A stretch of DNA of 64,000 nucleotides from Ascidiaceihabitans sp. (GCA_028248455.1 JAOKHV010000006.1:6476-70475); one strand, 5' to 3'; shown: positions 1 through 9,104, numbered from the stretch's first letter. Made by a program: numbers and translations. Notes: a model not told the origin generated them from the sequence alone.

Positions 1-357
1 ACGCAGCGCAGCTTTGTGTGTTTTTATACGGTAAAAGTTGGAACAAACCCATGGCAAAGGGAACTGAGTATAAAATAATGATTGTGAGCAATGTGCCGCG
101 TGTCTTTGTTGGGACGCTTGGGAAAATACAACGACTGTTTGTAAAGATTTTAGGGACTTTTAAGCTACTGAAAGTAGGTTGATACCATCCTAGGTAATCT
201 TCCCATTACAGGGGGGGCTTGGCGCTTACTATCACAACGCTTTACAGCAAATTTAAAGACTATCTGATCAACGAGGCTAAGGGGCCAAAAGAAGACCTGC
301 CAACCCGTCCAGCTTTGGGTGCAAGCCACAAAGCGTCACTCTGTTCTAATGCATAAA

Positions 358-550
358 TCGGGACCGCTTTCGGGACCGCTTCTGAGTTTTTCGCTGACAC
401 TAAGCCCCTACAATGCAACAACAATCGCGGAAGTATGACGTCCTCTTCTGGGCACCACAGATCACACTTAAGTATTTGTAAATATTATATAAAAACTGAT
501 TTGGTGCCCGATAAATCTAGCCAAAGGACCACTATCGGGACCACTTCGTC
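358..550 (+). mobile_element. attP-like junction 1: arm repeats (GGACCGCT at 361/373), tRNA-Leu 3'-end core gacgtcctcttctgggcacca (437-457), arm repeats (GGACCACT at 526/538)
   Basis: Core matches the recalled 3' end of alphaproteobacterial tRNA-Leu(CAG) (..GTTCGAGTCCTCTTCTGGGCACCA). 12-bp-period direct repeats on both sides. Same layout at 2463-2652. Confidence 0.75.
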
Positions 551-656
551 ATTCCGTAACAAAATAGAGAATGTCTTGTCATCCAAAGACGCTGCAAATT
601 AGCCTTGCCCCTCTCAGGTGGTTTTGTCTGACATGACCACGTGATGACATCCGGTA

Positions 657-1034
657 TTACAATTTAGCTTGAGAAGAATTTTCCCGGCCCAGAACTTCTG
701 GAATTTGGGTGCGGTAAATATATAGAACCGCAGCAGATAGAAGGCCAAGTACGATTGCAGGAACCGCAGATGGGCCAAGAATGAACCAATGGGTCAGGAC
801 GCCACCTACCATAGTGCCACCAAGAACTGCTGCACCGATGACCTGACGCCGTGGAAGCCATAATAGCACAACACCGATTACCTCAATGGCCCCTGTCAGA
901 TAACGGAAGCCTTGCCCCCAGCCTATTTGATCAAACGTCATGACCATCATCTCGACACCCGCGAGCTTTGCGCCGCCTGCGCCCAAAAAGGCAATTGAAA
1001 GTAAAATGCGAAGGCCAACTGAGATATAAGTCAT
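657..1034 (-). CDS. DoxX-family membrane protein
   Basis: Four hydrophobic segments; AGGAKL...F..IG...FRYLTGAIE..G pattern. Confidence 0.8.
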   Translation of the reverse strand: MTYISVGLRILLSIAFLGAGGAKLAGVEMMVMTFDQIGWGQGFRYLTGAIEVIGVVLLWLPRRQVIGAAVLGGTMVGGVLTHWFILGPSAVPAIVLGLLSAAVLYIYRTQIPEVLGRENSSQAKL

Positions 1035-1198
1035 TATTTTCCTATCTTAAGTTTTTATATTGTTCCGTTAAATGCTTTGCATGATTGGTTTCTAGCGTTC
1101 GTCCGTGACGAATTAACCGCTGACGTTTGTAGGTCGAGACTAGGCAAAGCATTGGCTGGGCGGTTGCCATTGAGCAGTCACCCAGCCAATATTCATTT

Positions 1199-1330
1199 TC
1201 AAGATTTTTGATCCTGACGTGTTTCATAGGCAGTTTTCTTTTCTTGATACTCTTCCTCAGAGAGAGCGTGCCACCCGATACAGTTGCCTGTCGGAGAACG
1301 GCCACATCCACATTTTGGTGATTCAGTCAT
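1199..1330 (-). CDS. Small (43 aa) CDGSH-like iron-sulfur protein
   Basis: ATG at 1330 with upstream aggag RBS; motif CGCGRSPTGNCIGWH (3 Cys + His). Confidence 0.7.
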   Translation of the reverse strand: MTESPKCGCGRSPTGNCIGWHALSEEEYQEKKTAYETRQDQKS

Positions 1331-1435
1331 TTTTATAACTCCTATTTTTGGTTGTTCCCTTAAATGCATTGTAGCATGGTTAGACACAATGAGCGCATAT
1401 CCGCAGAGAGTGCGCGTAAAAAAGGCATAGGTAAT

Positions 1436-2308
1436 ATGGACAAATGGGCTGAGCTTCGAACAGCATACCAAGTGGCAAAGCTAGGCACGGTAAGTGCAGC
1501 GGCAAATGCACTTGGCTTCCACCGCGCGACAGTGAACCGCCACATTGACGTGCTTGAGGAAGAGATGGGTGCGCGCATCTTTATCCGACATGCACGGGGG
1601 TATACGCTTACAGAGTTAGGCGAGGATGTACTTCGAGTGGCGCAAAAGACGGAAGAGATTATCGAAGATCTTGCGGGTCGCGTACAGGGTGGAAAAGCTG
1701 CGCTAGAAGGTGAGCTTAAGCTGACAATTCTAGCGGGTTTCGCTGAGCTAATGATGAAACCAATCTCAGACTTTAGAGCAGAAAATCCAAATTGTATTGT
1801 AAATCTTGACGCCAGCGAAAACCTTGCGAAACTTGAATATGGTGAGGCGCATATTGCACTACGTGCAGGTCCAAAGCCGGATCATCCTGATTACGTTGTT
1901 AGTAACTTTGCGCAGATCAGTTTTAACCTTTACGCCCACGACAGCTATATCCAAAGATTTGGGATGCCAAAAGACGCTGGTGATTTTGATAACCATCAGT
2001 TTGTCCTTCCACCAAGTTTTGGAGGACAACTCTCAGTCCGCGAATGGGTAAAAAACATTACTCACCCTGATATGATCGCACTCTCGTCCCAACATGTAGA
2101 TGTCAACTTTAAGGCAGTTTTTGCCGGAATAGGTATGGGTATTATAGAAGACCATAAAGCTAAAAGGTACGAAGGATTTCACCCTGTTCTTCCCCCAAAT
2201 CAGGAGTGGTCCGTGCCAATATGGTTAGTCACACACGTGGACCTTCACCGCACAGAGAAAGTGCAAGCGATGCTAAGGTGCATAAAGTCTGCTCATCAGG
2301 AAGAATGA
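1436..2308 (+). CDS. LysR-family transcriptional regulator
   Basis: N-terminal HTH (GTVSAAANALGFHRATVNRHIDVLEEEMGARIF) plus substrate-binding domain; divergent from the CDGSH/DoxX genes; start set at MDKW. Confidence 0.9.
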   Translation: MDKWAELRTAYQVAKLGTVSAAANALGFHRATVNRHIDVLEEEMGARIFIRHARGYTLTELGEDVLRVAQKTEEIIEDLAGRVQGGKAALEGELKLTILAGFAELMMKPISDFRAENPNCIVNLDASENLAKLEYGEAHIALRAGPKPDHPDYVVSNFAQISFNLYAHDSYIQRFGMPKDAGDFDNHQFVLPPSFGGQLSVREWVKNITHPDMIALSSQHVDVNFKAVFAGIGMGIIEDHKAKRYEGFHPVLPPNQEWSVPIWLVTHVDLHRTEKVQAMLRCIKSAHQEE

Positions 2309-2329
2309 TCGGGATGGTACCATTAAACA

Positions 2330-2483
2330 AATAAGAACACCCATCAGATTGCTGCCACAGCCTAAATCTATGCGCTCAATAGTTGACGCCACTCGGCGAG
2401 AGTATAAGTACGGTTTGGCTTGAAATTGATGTGCTTAATAGTTCGCCTGAACTTACTCAGGAGGACCGCTTTCGGGACCACTT
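2330..2483 (+). repeat. ~150-bp degenerate direct repeat, copy A (ends in left arm repeats)
   Basis: Aligns colinearly with 3581-3735 (aataagaaca..catcagattg..cctaaatctatgc..ttgacgccactc..gaggaccgcttt). Confidence 0.85.
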
Positions 2484-2675
2484 TTATATTTTAAAATAGA
2501 AATAAGTAACTGTGATTAAAAGGAAATATAAAAGTTCGACGTCCTCTTCTGGGCACCAAAATACCCCCTATATTTCCAAGAAACCTTTGGTAATAACTGC
2601 TTCTGGCGGAATGTGGGACCACTATCGGGACCGCTTTTGGGACCACTTCGTCGAATAGCGCACCCAAAGCGTCAG
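2463..2675 (+). mobile_element. attP-like junction 2: arm repeats 2463/2475, core gttcgacgtcctcttctgggcacca (2534-2558), arm repeats 2616/2628/2640
   Basis: Same core as junction 1, and arm-to-core spacing matches it to within 1 bp. Confidence 0.8.
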
Positions 2676-2765
2676 ACATAAGCGGTCCAGATGGCCTTGC
2701 GCGCGGTAAACTGTGTCGTGATAGTCTCGAGTACAGCGGCCCAGCATCCATCAAAGGAGAATACG

Positions 2766-3494
2766 ATGAAAACCCATGTAGCAGTTGTAACCGGTGGAAC
2801 GCAGGGCATCGGTCTGGCCGTCACTCAGCAGTTGGTCGAAAAAGGCCATCGCGTGGCCAGCTGGGACATCGATCCCAGCAATGTCGATGCGATGGCCCCC
2901 TTTAAGGATCAAGCTCTGGCTGTTCGGTGCGACATTACCGATTTGGCATCGGTTGAGGCAGCTTATGCGCAGACGTGCGAGGCATTCGGAGCACCAGTTA
3001 TTTTGGTCAACAGTGCAGGCATCGCGGGGCCAAACGCACCGCTTGATAAATACGATGTGGATGCTTGGCATAGCGTGATTAACATCAATCTGAACGGAAC
3101 ATTCTACGTTAACCGGATCTGTGTGCCTGGGATGAAAGAAGCAGGCTACGGCCGCATCCTGAATGTTGCCTCGATCGCGGGCAAAGAAGGTAACCCGAAC
3201 GCGTCTGCCTATTCAGCCTCAAAAGCGGCGGTGATCGGGTTAACCAAATCCTTGGGCAAAGAGCTTGCAGGCTATGACATCGCAGTAAACTGCGTGACAC
3301 CCGCTGCTGCGCGCACGCGTATTTTTGATCAAATGAGCCAAGAGCATATTGATTACATGCTTTCAAAAATCCCACGTGGCCGATTCCTCGAGGTTGAAGA
3401 AGCCGCCAAAATGATTGGTTGGTTGGTATCAGAGGAAAACTCGTTCACCACAGGAGCCGCGTTCGATTTGTCGGGGGGGCGGGCAACCTATTGA
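2766..3494 (+). CDS. Short-chain dehydrogenase/reductase (SDR)
   Basis: TGGTQGIG NAD-binding motif, NSAG, YSASK catalytic motif; aggag RBS before ATG 2766. Confidence 0.9.
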   Translation: MKTHVAVVTGGTQGIGLAVTQQLVEKGHRVASWDIDPSNVDAMAPFKDQALAVRCDITDLASVEAAYAQTCEAFGAPVILVNSAGIAGPNAPLDKYDVDAWHSVININLNGTFYVNRICVPGMKEAGYGRILNVASIAGKEGNPNASAYSASKAAVIGLTKSLGKELAGYDIAVNCVTPAAARTRIFDQMSQEHIDYMLSKIPRGRFLEVEEAAKMIGWLVSEENSFTTGAAFDLSGGRATY

Positions 3495-3580
3495 TCGAAT
3501 TCTGTATGTGATGGGGCATATATTTGAACACTTAGTGGAGTGGATGTGTCGCGGAATTGCGCCGCTGCAGCTGTCAAATT

Positions 3581-3770
3581 AATAAGAACATGCATCAGAT
3601 TGTATGCACAACCTAAATCTATGCACTTGATAATTGACGCCACTCAGCGATAGCAGCGGCACGGTTCAGCTTGTAATTGGTGCGTGAAACACTTGGTGCA
3701 CCTCCGATCTAAGAGGACCGCTTTTAGGACCACTTCGTCAAATAGCGTACCCAAAGCGTCACAGATAAGC
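3581..3770 (+). repeat. Junction 3: repeat copy B fused directly to right-arm flank, core deleted
   Basis: 3581-3725 matches 2330-2473; 3715-3770 matches 2628-2683 (ggaccacttcgtc.aatagcg.acccaaagcgtca); no tRNA core between them. Confidence 0.8.
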
Positions 3771-3978
3771 TAATGAGTTGGTGCATTATTTTCAACTGAT
3801 CGTCAGCGGCGACAAGGAAGCTAGAGTAGGAGTATCAGCCGTATGACTTCAGGACTCGTTTTAAAGTAGCGGAATGGAGAGTGTTTTGTCATTTACTGAC
3901 GCTACAAGCCCACACTGGCCACTTCAAACGAGTTTAATCTGACAGAGCCATTTAGAGCGCTAATTCTTGGCATGATAC

Positions 3979-4440
3979 TTATGACATCAGCAACCCCTCG
4001 ATTGCCGACTTGTCGAAATCCTGAAAACGATTCTGATCCAGCCCAAACCAATTGGTCAAGACAAGATGATAAACTGACCGGTAGTCCATTGTGAACTGCA
4101 TGTCACCCTCCTGTAGCGCGCCAAGATCGGGGTGTGCGCCCCAGATCCCACCTTCCAGAGCACCACTCATTAAGAAATGCGGAGCAGCGGTGCCGTGATC
4201 AGTACCTTCTGAGTGGTTTTCTACCGCTCGGCGTCCGAATTCACTGTAAGTCATGACCAGCGTATCTTCCCATTGGCCACTGCTTATAAGCATGGTGCGC
4301 AGCCCAGCCAGTGCATTGCCTAAGTCTCGCAGCAAGTTCTTGTGCGACCAATATTGGTTTTCATGGGTGTCGAACCCGCCGATTTTGAGCTTGAGAACCG
4401 GCGCGTCGATTCCCGCCTGCACCAACTTCGCAGCCATGGC
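3979..4440 (-). pseudogene. DUF1501-family protein, C-terminal fragment
   Basis: GGFDTH, SEFGRR..EN.S.GTDHG, GD..FT.DYRSVY motifs; N-terminal part absent. Confidence 0.75.
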
Positions 4441-4664
4441 GGGTGAGGAGCAGAGAAAAAAGCATTGCAAAAAATTGGCGACGTTAAAGCTAATCCAAAC
4501 GTAAAATTCTTTTACATTCAAAGTTTGGATGAGGCCTCGCCGGAAGTTCAAAAAATCTATTTTGATTGGCTTGCTACGCGTATGCTGCCAGAATAATTTT
4601 CTACTTTAAAAAATACATTATTGTTGTTGTCACGAAATAAAGGGCAAGTGAATTAGAAGAAAAA

Positions 4665-4796
4665 CCGTTCGGCAGCCTACAGATTGGCGTTGCTGCGGAC
4701 ATCGTAATCTTGGATCGCGCGGTTACTACGCAAACGATTGGCGAAACGCAGGTGGAAACCATCATTTGCAACGGCAAGATCACCTACCAGCGTTAA
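4665..4796 (+). pseudogene. Amidohydrolase-family C-terminal fragment
   Basis: Manual translation PFGSLQIGVAADIVILDR...IGETQVETIICNGKITYQR*; no start codon. Confidence 0.65.
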
Positions 4797-5030
4797 TTCC
4801 ACCCGTCGCCCGGCCAGGCATATGGCGCATCGATACCCGCGTAGGCTGGGCCAAAGATCGACAGTCCTTTCGGCGTTCTGAATGCCCCTAGCGATGGCAG
4901 TAGAACAACCGCCACGTCTTGGTTCAGGGCGCAATCTGGGTTGGATATTTGCGCGCCAGTTTGTGCGTCAAACAACCAGATCAAGTCGTGAATCGTTGCG
5001 AAAACCTTATCATCTATCCAACACGCCATG
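4793..5030 (-). pseudogene. DUF917-like C-terminal fragment
   Basis: [27 protein letters not shown]...VAVVLLP..GL.IFGP.Y.G resembles the recalled DUF917 C-terminus. Confidence 0.5.
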
Positions 5031-5321
5031 CAGAAGGTAATCAAAACGGTCCTCCTGTGCCAACCTGCGCACCTCGGCCAGCAGGTCATCGCGCAACGTG
5101 CAGCAGATGCATCCGTTCGACATTTCGACCAGCGTTTCATCTGTGCGGCTAAGTTCTGTATCGGCGCGCACAAGGTCGGCATCTATGTTCACCTCGGACA
5201 TGTCATTAACGATGACCGCGACACGCAGACCGTCGCGATTGTTCAGGACACGATTAAAGAGTGTGGTTTTTCCGGCCCCAAGAAAGCCGGACAAGACGGT
5301 GACAGGAAGTTTTTGGGTCAT
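5010..5321 (-). pseudogene. Truncated COG0523 zinc metallochaperone GTPase (ZigA/YciC-like), N-terminus only
   Basis: [23 protein letters not shown] motifs; similarity breaks after FDYLL, just before the expected IESTG motif. Confidence 0.85.
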
Positions 5322-5333
5322 TTGGAATTATCC

Positions 5334-6416
5334 TTATGCGGTTTTGGCGGTTTGAGGGGTGCGCAGCATCTCGAAGCTGTAGACAAGTTCCAAGCGGGTG
5401 ATATCGCGGCCAATGACAACGATGCGCGATTGACGGATTTTGCCCTGCCAGTCGTGTAAGGGCACCGGTGGGTCAAAAAGATGCTGCACGCCGTGAAACA
5501 CAAAAGGCATCTCAATACCGATCAGGTGTACGATGCCTTTCACGCGCAGGATGTCGGGCCCACGCAGCCTGATGAGTGTGTCGAGCCAAAGATCAAACGC
5601 ATCAGGGTGAATAGGATCGTCCAAGACAATGGACGCCGATCCGATCCGCGCGTCATGTTTGGGCAGCAGGGCTGTGGGTGTCGTGGATGGGGCGAAACCG
5701 GAAAGGTTATCAAGTGGGTCGCTGGAACCAAATGCAGGTTCGGGTACAGGTGGTATCAGCCATGCCATGGCCTGATCTGATATTCCCTCAGGGCGCATGC
5801 CACTTAAACCCCAAAGGGCTGCGGTTGGCACCACACCACGATCAGCCCGCAAAATATCCGCGGTTGGGTTGAGTGATCGCAGCCGTGTTTCAAATGCCCC
5901 TGACGTGCTCTGTGACACCAAATCGGTCTTACTGAGGACAAGCAAATCCGCCATCGCAACTTGTGAAACGGCTTCGAATTGACGGTCTAGCGTGCCCGGA
6001 CCAGTTGCTGCATCCACCACCGTGACAACCCCGTCGATGCGGAAATTCCGTGCCAGATAAGGATCAACCAGAAACGTATGTAGAATGGGTGCGGGATCGG
6101 CTAGGCCCGTTGTTTCAATCACAACACGGTCAAAGGTTAGGCGGTTTTCTTGTTTTCGCACAGCCAAATCTTGCAGGGTGCGCGATAGGTCGCCGCGAAT
6201 GGAACAGCACAGGCAACCAGATTTCATCAAGACAACTTCTTCGTCCACGGTTTCGATCAGATCGTGGTCAAGCCCCGCTTCGCCAAATTCATTCACGATG
6301 ACAGCGATCCTTGGTCCGGTTGGCTGGACTAGGATCGCGTTGAGCAGTGTTGTTTTTCCCGCACCAAGAAAACCTGTCAGCAAGGTAACCGGTAAGCGAG
6401 TGTCTTTTGCGGCCAT
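5334..6416 (-). CDS. COG0523/CobW-family metal-binding GTPase
   Basis: [27 protein letters not shown] and CobW_C motif (LRVKG..FHGVQH). Confidence 0.9.
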   Translation of the reverse strand: MAAKDTRLPVTLLTGFLGAGKTTLLNAILVQPTGPRIAVIVNEFGEAGLDHDLIETVDEEVVLMKSGCLCCSIRGDLSRTLQDLAVRKQENRLTFDRVVIETTGLADPAPILHTFLVDPYLARNFRIDGVVTVVDAATGPGTLDRQFEAVSQVAMADLLVLSKTDLVSQSTSGAFETRLRSLNPTADILRADRGVVPTAALWGLSGMRPEGISDQAMAWLIPPVPEPAFGSSDPLDNLSGFAPSTTPTALLPKHDARIGSASIVLDDPIHPDAFDLWLDTLIRLRGPDILRVKGIVHLIGIEMPFVFHGVQHLFDPPVPLHDWQGKIRQSRIVVIGRDITRLELVYSFEMLRTPQTAKTA

Positions 6417-6449
6417 TTATCAGTCATCCTGCTTAGGTTTTCAATTTTG

Positions 6450-6470
6450 TAATGTTATGACATAACATTA
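6450..6470. promoter_or_regulatory. Zur box (perfect 10-1-10 palindrome taatgttatg-a-cataacatta)
   Basis: Matches proteobacterial Zur consensus ATGTTATnnnATAACAT; 34 bp upstream of the COG0523 start. Confidence 0.85.
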
Positions 6471-6489
6471 AATAGATAATCAAGATGCT

Positions 6490-7371
6490 TTAACGCAAAT
6501 AGGGCAACAACATCACGATACTGATGGCGATGATCATGACGCCGCCTGTCAAATGCAGCATTGCCGAGATGGCCTGCACCCCATGGTGGTTCCGTGCCCC
6601 AAGACCAGCCAACCGCCGCGCGACGACGCCGGAGGTCGCAACAGTCAAGTTGAACGCAGCGGTCCCAAGGCACATCGTGATCACGGCAAGGCATCCAACC
6701 GCAAAAGCATCGAAACGGGCCGCGATCACCAGAACAAACAATGCGCCAGTGCAAGGTCTTATCGCGATGCTGGCGATCAAAGCGACCACATCGCGTGTTG
6801 TCGTCAGCGTTGCCACGTCGTCGACACTTGGACCATGCGCGTGGCCACAACAGCCGTGTGTGACCTGCTTGGATTGGTTGATTTTGTGCCAACTTCGTAC
6901 GCCACGAAATATTAAAACAGCCCCGATCGCGGCAACGGCCACGTAGCTCGCTGGGGCAAGCCAAGTCTCTGTGAGGTCAGCAAGATCAGCCGACCCTATT
7001 TCTAGCAGAAAATAAAGACTGCCGACCAAAAGGATGGCCGTCGCAGCCTGTGCTAGACTGGATAGAACCGTCAGTATACTCAACCATTTTAGGGTGGCAC
7101 CACTGGCAAGGGCCGCTCCGCCAATCAGGACTTTCCCATGCCCCGGTCCAAGGGCGTGGAAGAAGCCATAAGCGGCCGTCGCACTACACAATGTCCAGAC
7201 AGCCTGCGGATCACCCGCTTGAATACCTCTTAGCGCACCAGCCATCACGTTCTGGAACGTACGTTGTTCACCAATGGCCCATCGTTGGATTTCAAACCAC
7301 TGCACAATGCCCGAGGCTGCGACACCGACAGCCCAGATACACAGAACGATCACACCAAACCTTAACCGCAT
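6490..7371 (-). CDS. RcnA/NicO-like nickel/cobalt transporter
   Basis: YGFFHALGPGHGK and IRPCTGA motifs, His/Cys loop HGCCGHAH. Confidence 0.85.
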   Translation of the reverse strand: MRLRFGVIVLCIWAVGVAASGIVQWFEIQRWAIGEQRTFQNVMAGALRGIQAGDPQAVWTLCSATAAYGFFHALGPGHGKVLIGGAALASGATLKWLSILTVLSSLAQAATAILLVGSLYFLLEIGSADLADLTETWLAPASYVAVAAIGAVLIFRGVRSWHKINQSKQVTHGCCGHAHGPSVDDVATLTTTRDVVALIASIAIRPCTGALFVLVIAARFDAFAVGCLAVITMCLGTAAFNLTVATSGVVARRLAGLGARNHHGVQAISAMLHLTGGVMIIAISIVMLLPYLR

Positions 7372-8009
7372 GTCAGCTGCACCTCATCAGAGAAGAGCCG
7401 GCCAACATTTTCTACCGCGGGTATATCTTCACGCCCCAGTGCCGCCAGCTTATCTTGCAAGGCGCTTTCTGCTGCGTTTGGCTCAAACGGTACGATCTGC
7501 GCCTGACAATCTTCAGGCAGATCTGTGGGGTCTGTCGGGGGCACAATAGTATAGGAGTAGTAGAAAAATGGATCATAAAGACGCAAAAACACGGGTGTAT
7601 TGTCAATCCTGACAGGCTGCGACAATGGCAGATCAAATGAGACTTTGACTTGATTGTTGTTAAGCGTCACAGCGACGGCTTCGGGGCGCCCCAGCGGGTA
7701 GTCTTGGCTTGCAAATTCTAAATAGACATCGCCTTTGTATGCGCTGTCCCAGTTGGTTTCGCCCTCTATGATTGCGGCGCGGTCAGCATCATTAAACTGC
7801 CCATCCCTATCCTGATCCAAGTCCAGCGATTCAAACAGGATAAGCGTTGTAAATTCATCGTAAGTCCATGAAATACGAAGCGCTTCCAATTGTCCGTCAG
7901 CTCCAAAAATAAAGCCAGTGCGCGCATCCACAAAGACATGCGGATGTGCCTTGGCGGGTCCACCAAGGCACATCACTACGCATATTAAACCCCAAAATTT
8001 ATGTGACAT
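7362..8009 (-). CDS. DUF1007 periplasmic protein
   Basis: Signal peptide followed by AHPHVFVD; YDPFFY motif; typical partner of RcnA-like transporters. Confidence 0.85.
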   Translation of the reverse strand: MSHKFWGLICVVMCLGGPAKAHPHVFVDARTGFIFGADGQLEALRISWTYDEFTTLILFESLDLDQDRDGQFNDADRAAIIEGETNWDSAYKGDVYLEFASQDYPLGRPEAVAVTLNNNQVKVSFDLPLSQPVRIDNTPVFLRLYDPFFYYSYTIVPPTDPTDLPEDCQAQIVPFEPNAAESALQDKLAALGREDIPAVENVGRLFSDEVQLTCG

Positions 8010-8059
8010 GGGATACTCGTGCTCCAATTCTGGGTGCAGAGTTCAACGATAAAAAGTTA

Positions 8060-9040
8060 CTACATGCAGCCTGCAAGAGCGGTTGACAGGTTTCGGATCA
8101 GTTGAGGGTAAAGTGCTGAACCCGGCTTCAGATCAGAACCAAGCGGATCAAGAATACCCGTCTGCGCGTTGCTTCCCTCGAGAACAGTTGCAACTAGCCC
8201 TGGATTAAATTGCGGTTCCGCCAGAACGCAATCGATACCTTGCTCGGCAATCCTATCTTGGATTTCTGCAATCCGTGCTGGACTTGGATCAGACGCATCA
8301 CTGATAGAAATGGCACCGGATGCTGGAAAGTTAAAGTCCGTTTCAAAATACTGATACGCGTCATGGAATACGATGAAGCGACCATCACGGACTGGGTCAA
8401 GCGTTGCCGTTACTTCACCAATCAAGACTTTGATTTCGGCCCGACCTGCCGCAGCATTCGCAAAATAGGCACCTGCGTTGTCCGGATCGGCAGCAGAAAG
8501 CTGACCCGCAATCACGTTCATCCAAGTCATTGCATTTTGCGGTGACAACCATGCGTGTGGATCATGGTCGCCGTGTTCATGTTCGTCATGACCGGCTTCC
8601 TCGTTGGCGTGATCATCATCTTCTTCTTTGTGATCGTCATCATCTCTATGCTCATCTTCTTCATGATCGTCATGGGCCTCGAACAACGCACCCTCACGGA
8701 ACTCCAATTCGATTGTGCCGTCCGCTTCAAGCAATTCAGTCACATTGGCATTAGGGGCCAGTGTTTCAATTGTATCTGTCAGCCATGGCGTCAAACCGGA
8801 CCCAATCCAAAATACAAGATTGGCGTCCTGCAACGCGGCGGCCTCAGACGGGCGTAGGCTGTATTCATGCGGGCTTGCACCGGCCTGAATAATCAAATCG
8901 GGTGTGCCAACACCCTCCATGACCCGAGTAACTAAAGAATGAACTGGTGCAATATCCACAGCCACACGTGGTGCATCGGCAAATGCGGTTCCCCCCATCA
9001 AAGTGGCAGTTAAGGATAGGGTAAGAAGCTTTCTGGACAT
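8060..9040 (-). CDS. znuA: Zinc ABC transporter substrate-binding protein
   Basis: GASPHEY, His/Asp/Glu-rich loop, DPHAWL, FHDAY motifs; start set at MSRK after ggag RBS. Confidence 0.92.
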   Translation of the reverse strand: MSRKLLTLSLTATLMGGTAFADAPRVAVDIAPVHSLVTRVMEGVGTPDLIIQAGASPHEYSLRPSEAAALQDANLVFWIGSGLTPWLTDTIETLAPNANVTELLEADGTIELEFREGALFEAHDDHEEDEHRDDDDHKEEDDDHANEEAGHDEHEHGDHDPHAWLSPQNAMTWMNVIAGQLSAADPDNAGAYFANAAAGRAEIKVLIGEVTATLDPVRDGRFIVFHDAYQYFETDFNFPASGAISISDASDPSPARIAEIQDRIAEQGIDCVLAEPQFNPGLVATVLEGSNAQTGILDPLGSDLKPGSALYPQLIRNLSTALAGCM

Positions 9041-9050
9041 CGGGGTCTCC

Positions 9051-9104
9051 ATGTGATTATATAACATTACATATCAATTAGACGAAATGTAATAACATGA
9101 CAAG
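9051..9104. promoter_or_regulatory. Two Zur-like boxes in the divergent znuA/zur promoter
   Basis: atgtgat-tat-ataacat (9051-9067) and gaaatgtaat-aac-atgacaa (9084-9103). Confidence 0.7.

Noticed and set aside
1-200. Partial ORF at the window start
   Set aside because: Too short and without a recognisable motif to assign frame or product.
437-457. Intact tRNA-Leu gene at either core
   Set aside because: Only the 3' 21-25 nt match; the upstream sequence lacks acceptor, D and anticodon arms.
2491-2754. 87-aa ORF across junction 2
   Set aside because: It overlaps the att-like repeats and has no protein features; probably spurious.
358-3770. CRISPR array interpretation of the GGACC repeats
   Set aside because: Units are 12-bp tandem motifs in clusters kilobases apart, with no regular repeat-spacer structure and no cas genes in the window.
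8560-8680. Low-complexity tandem-like repeat
   Set aside because: It encodes the normal His/Asp/Glu-rich loop of ZnuA.
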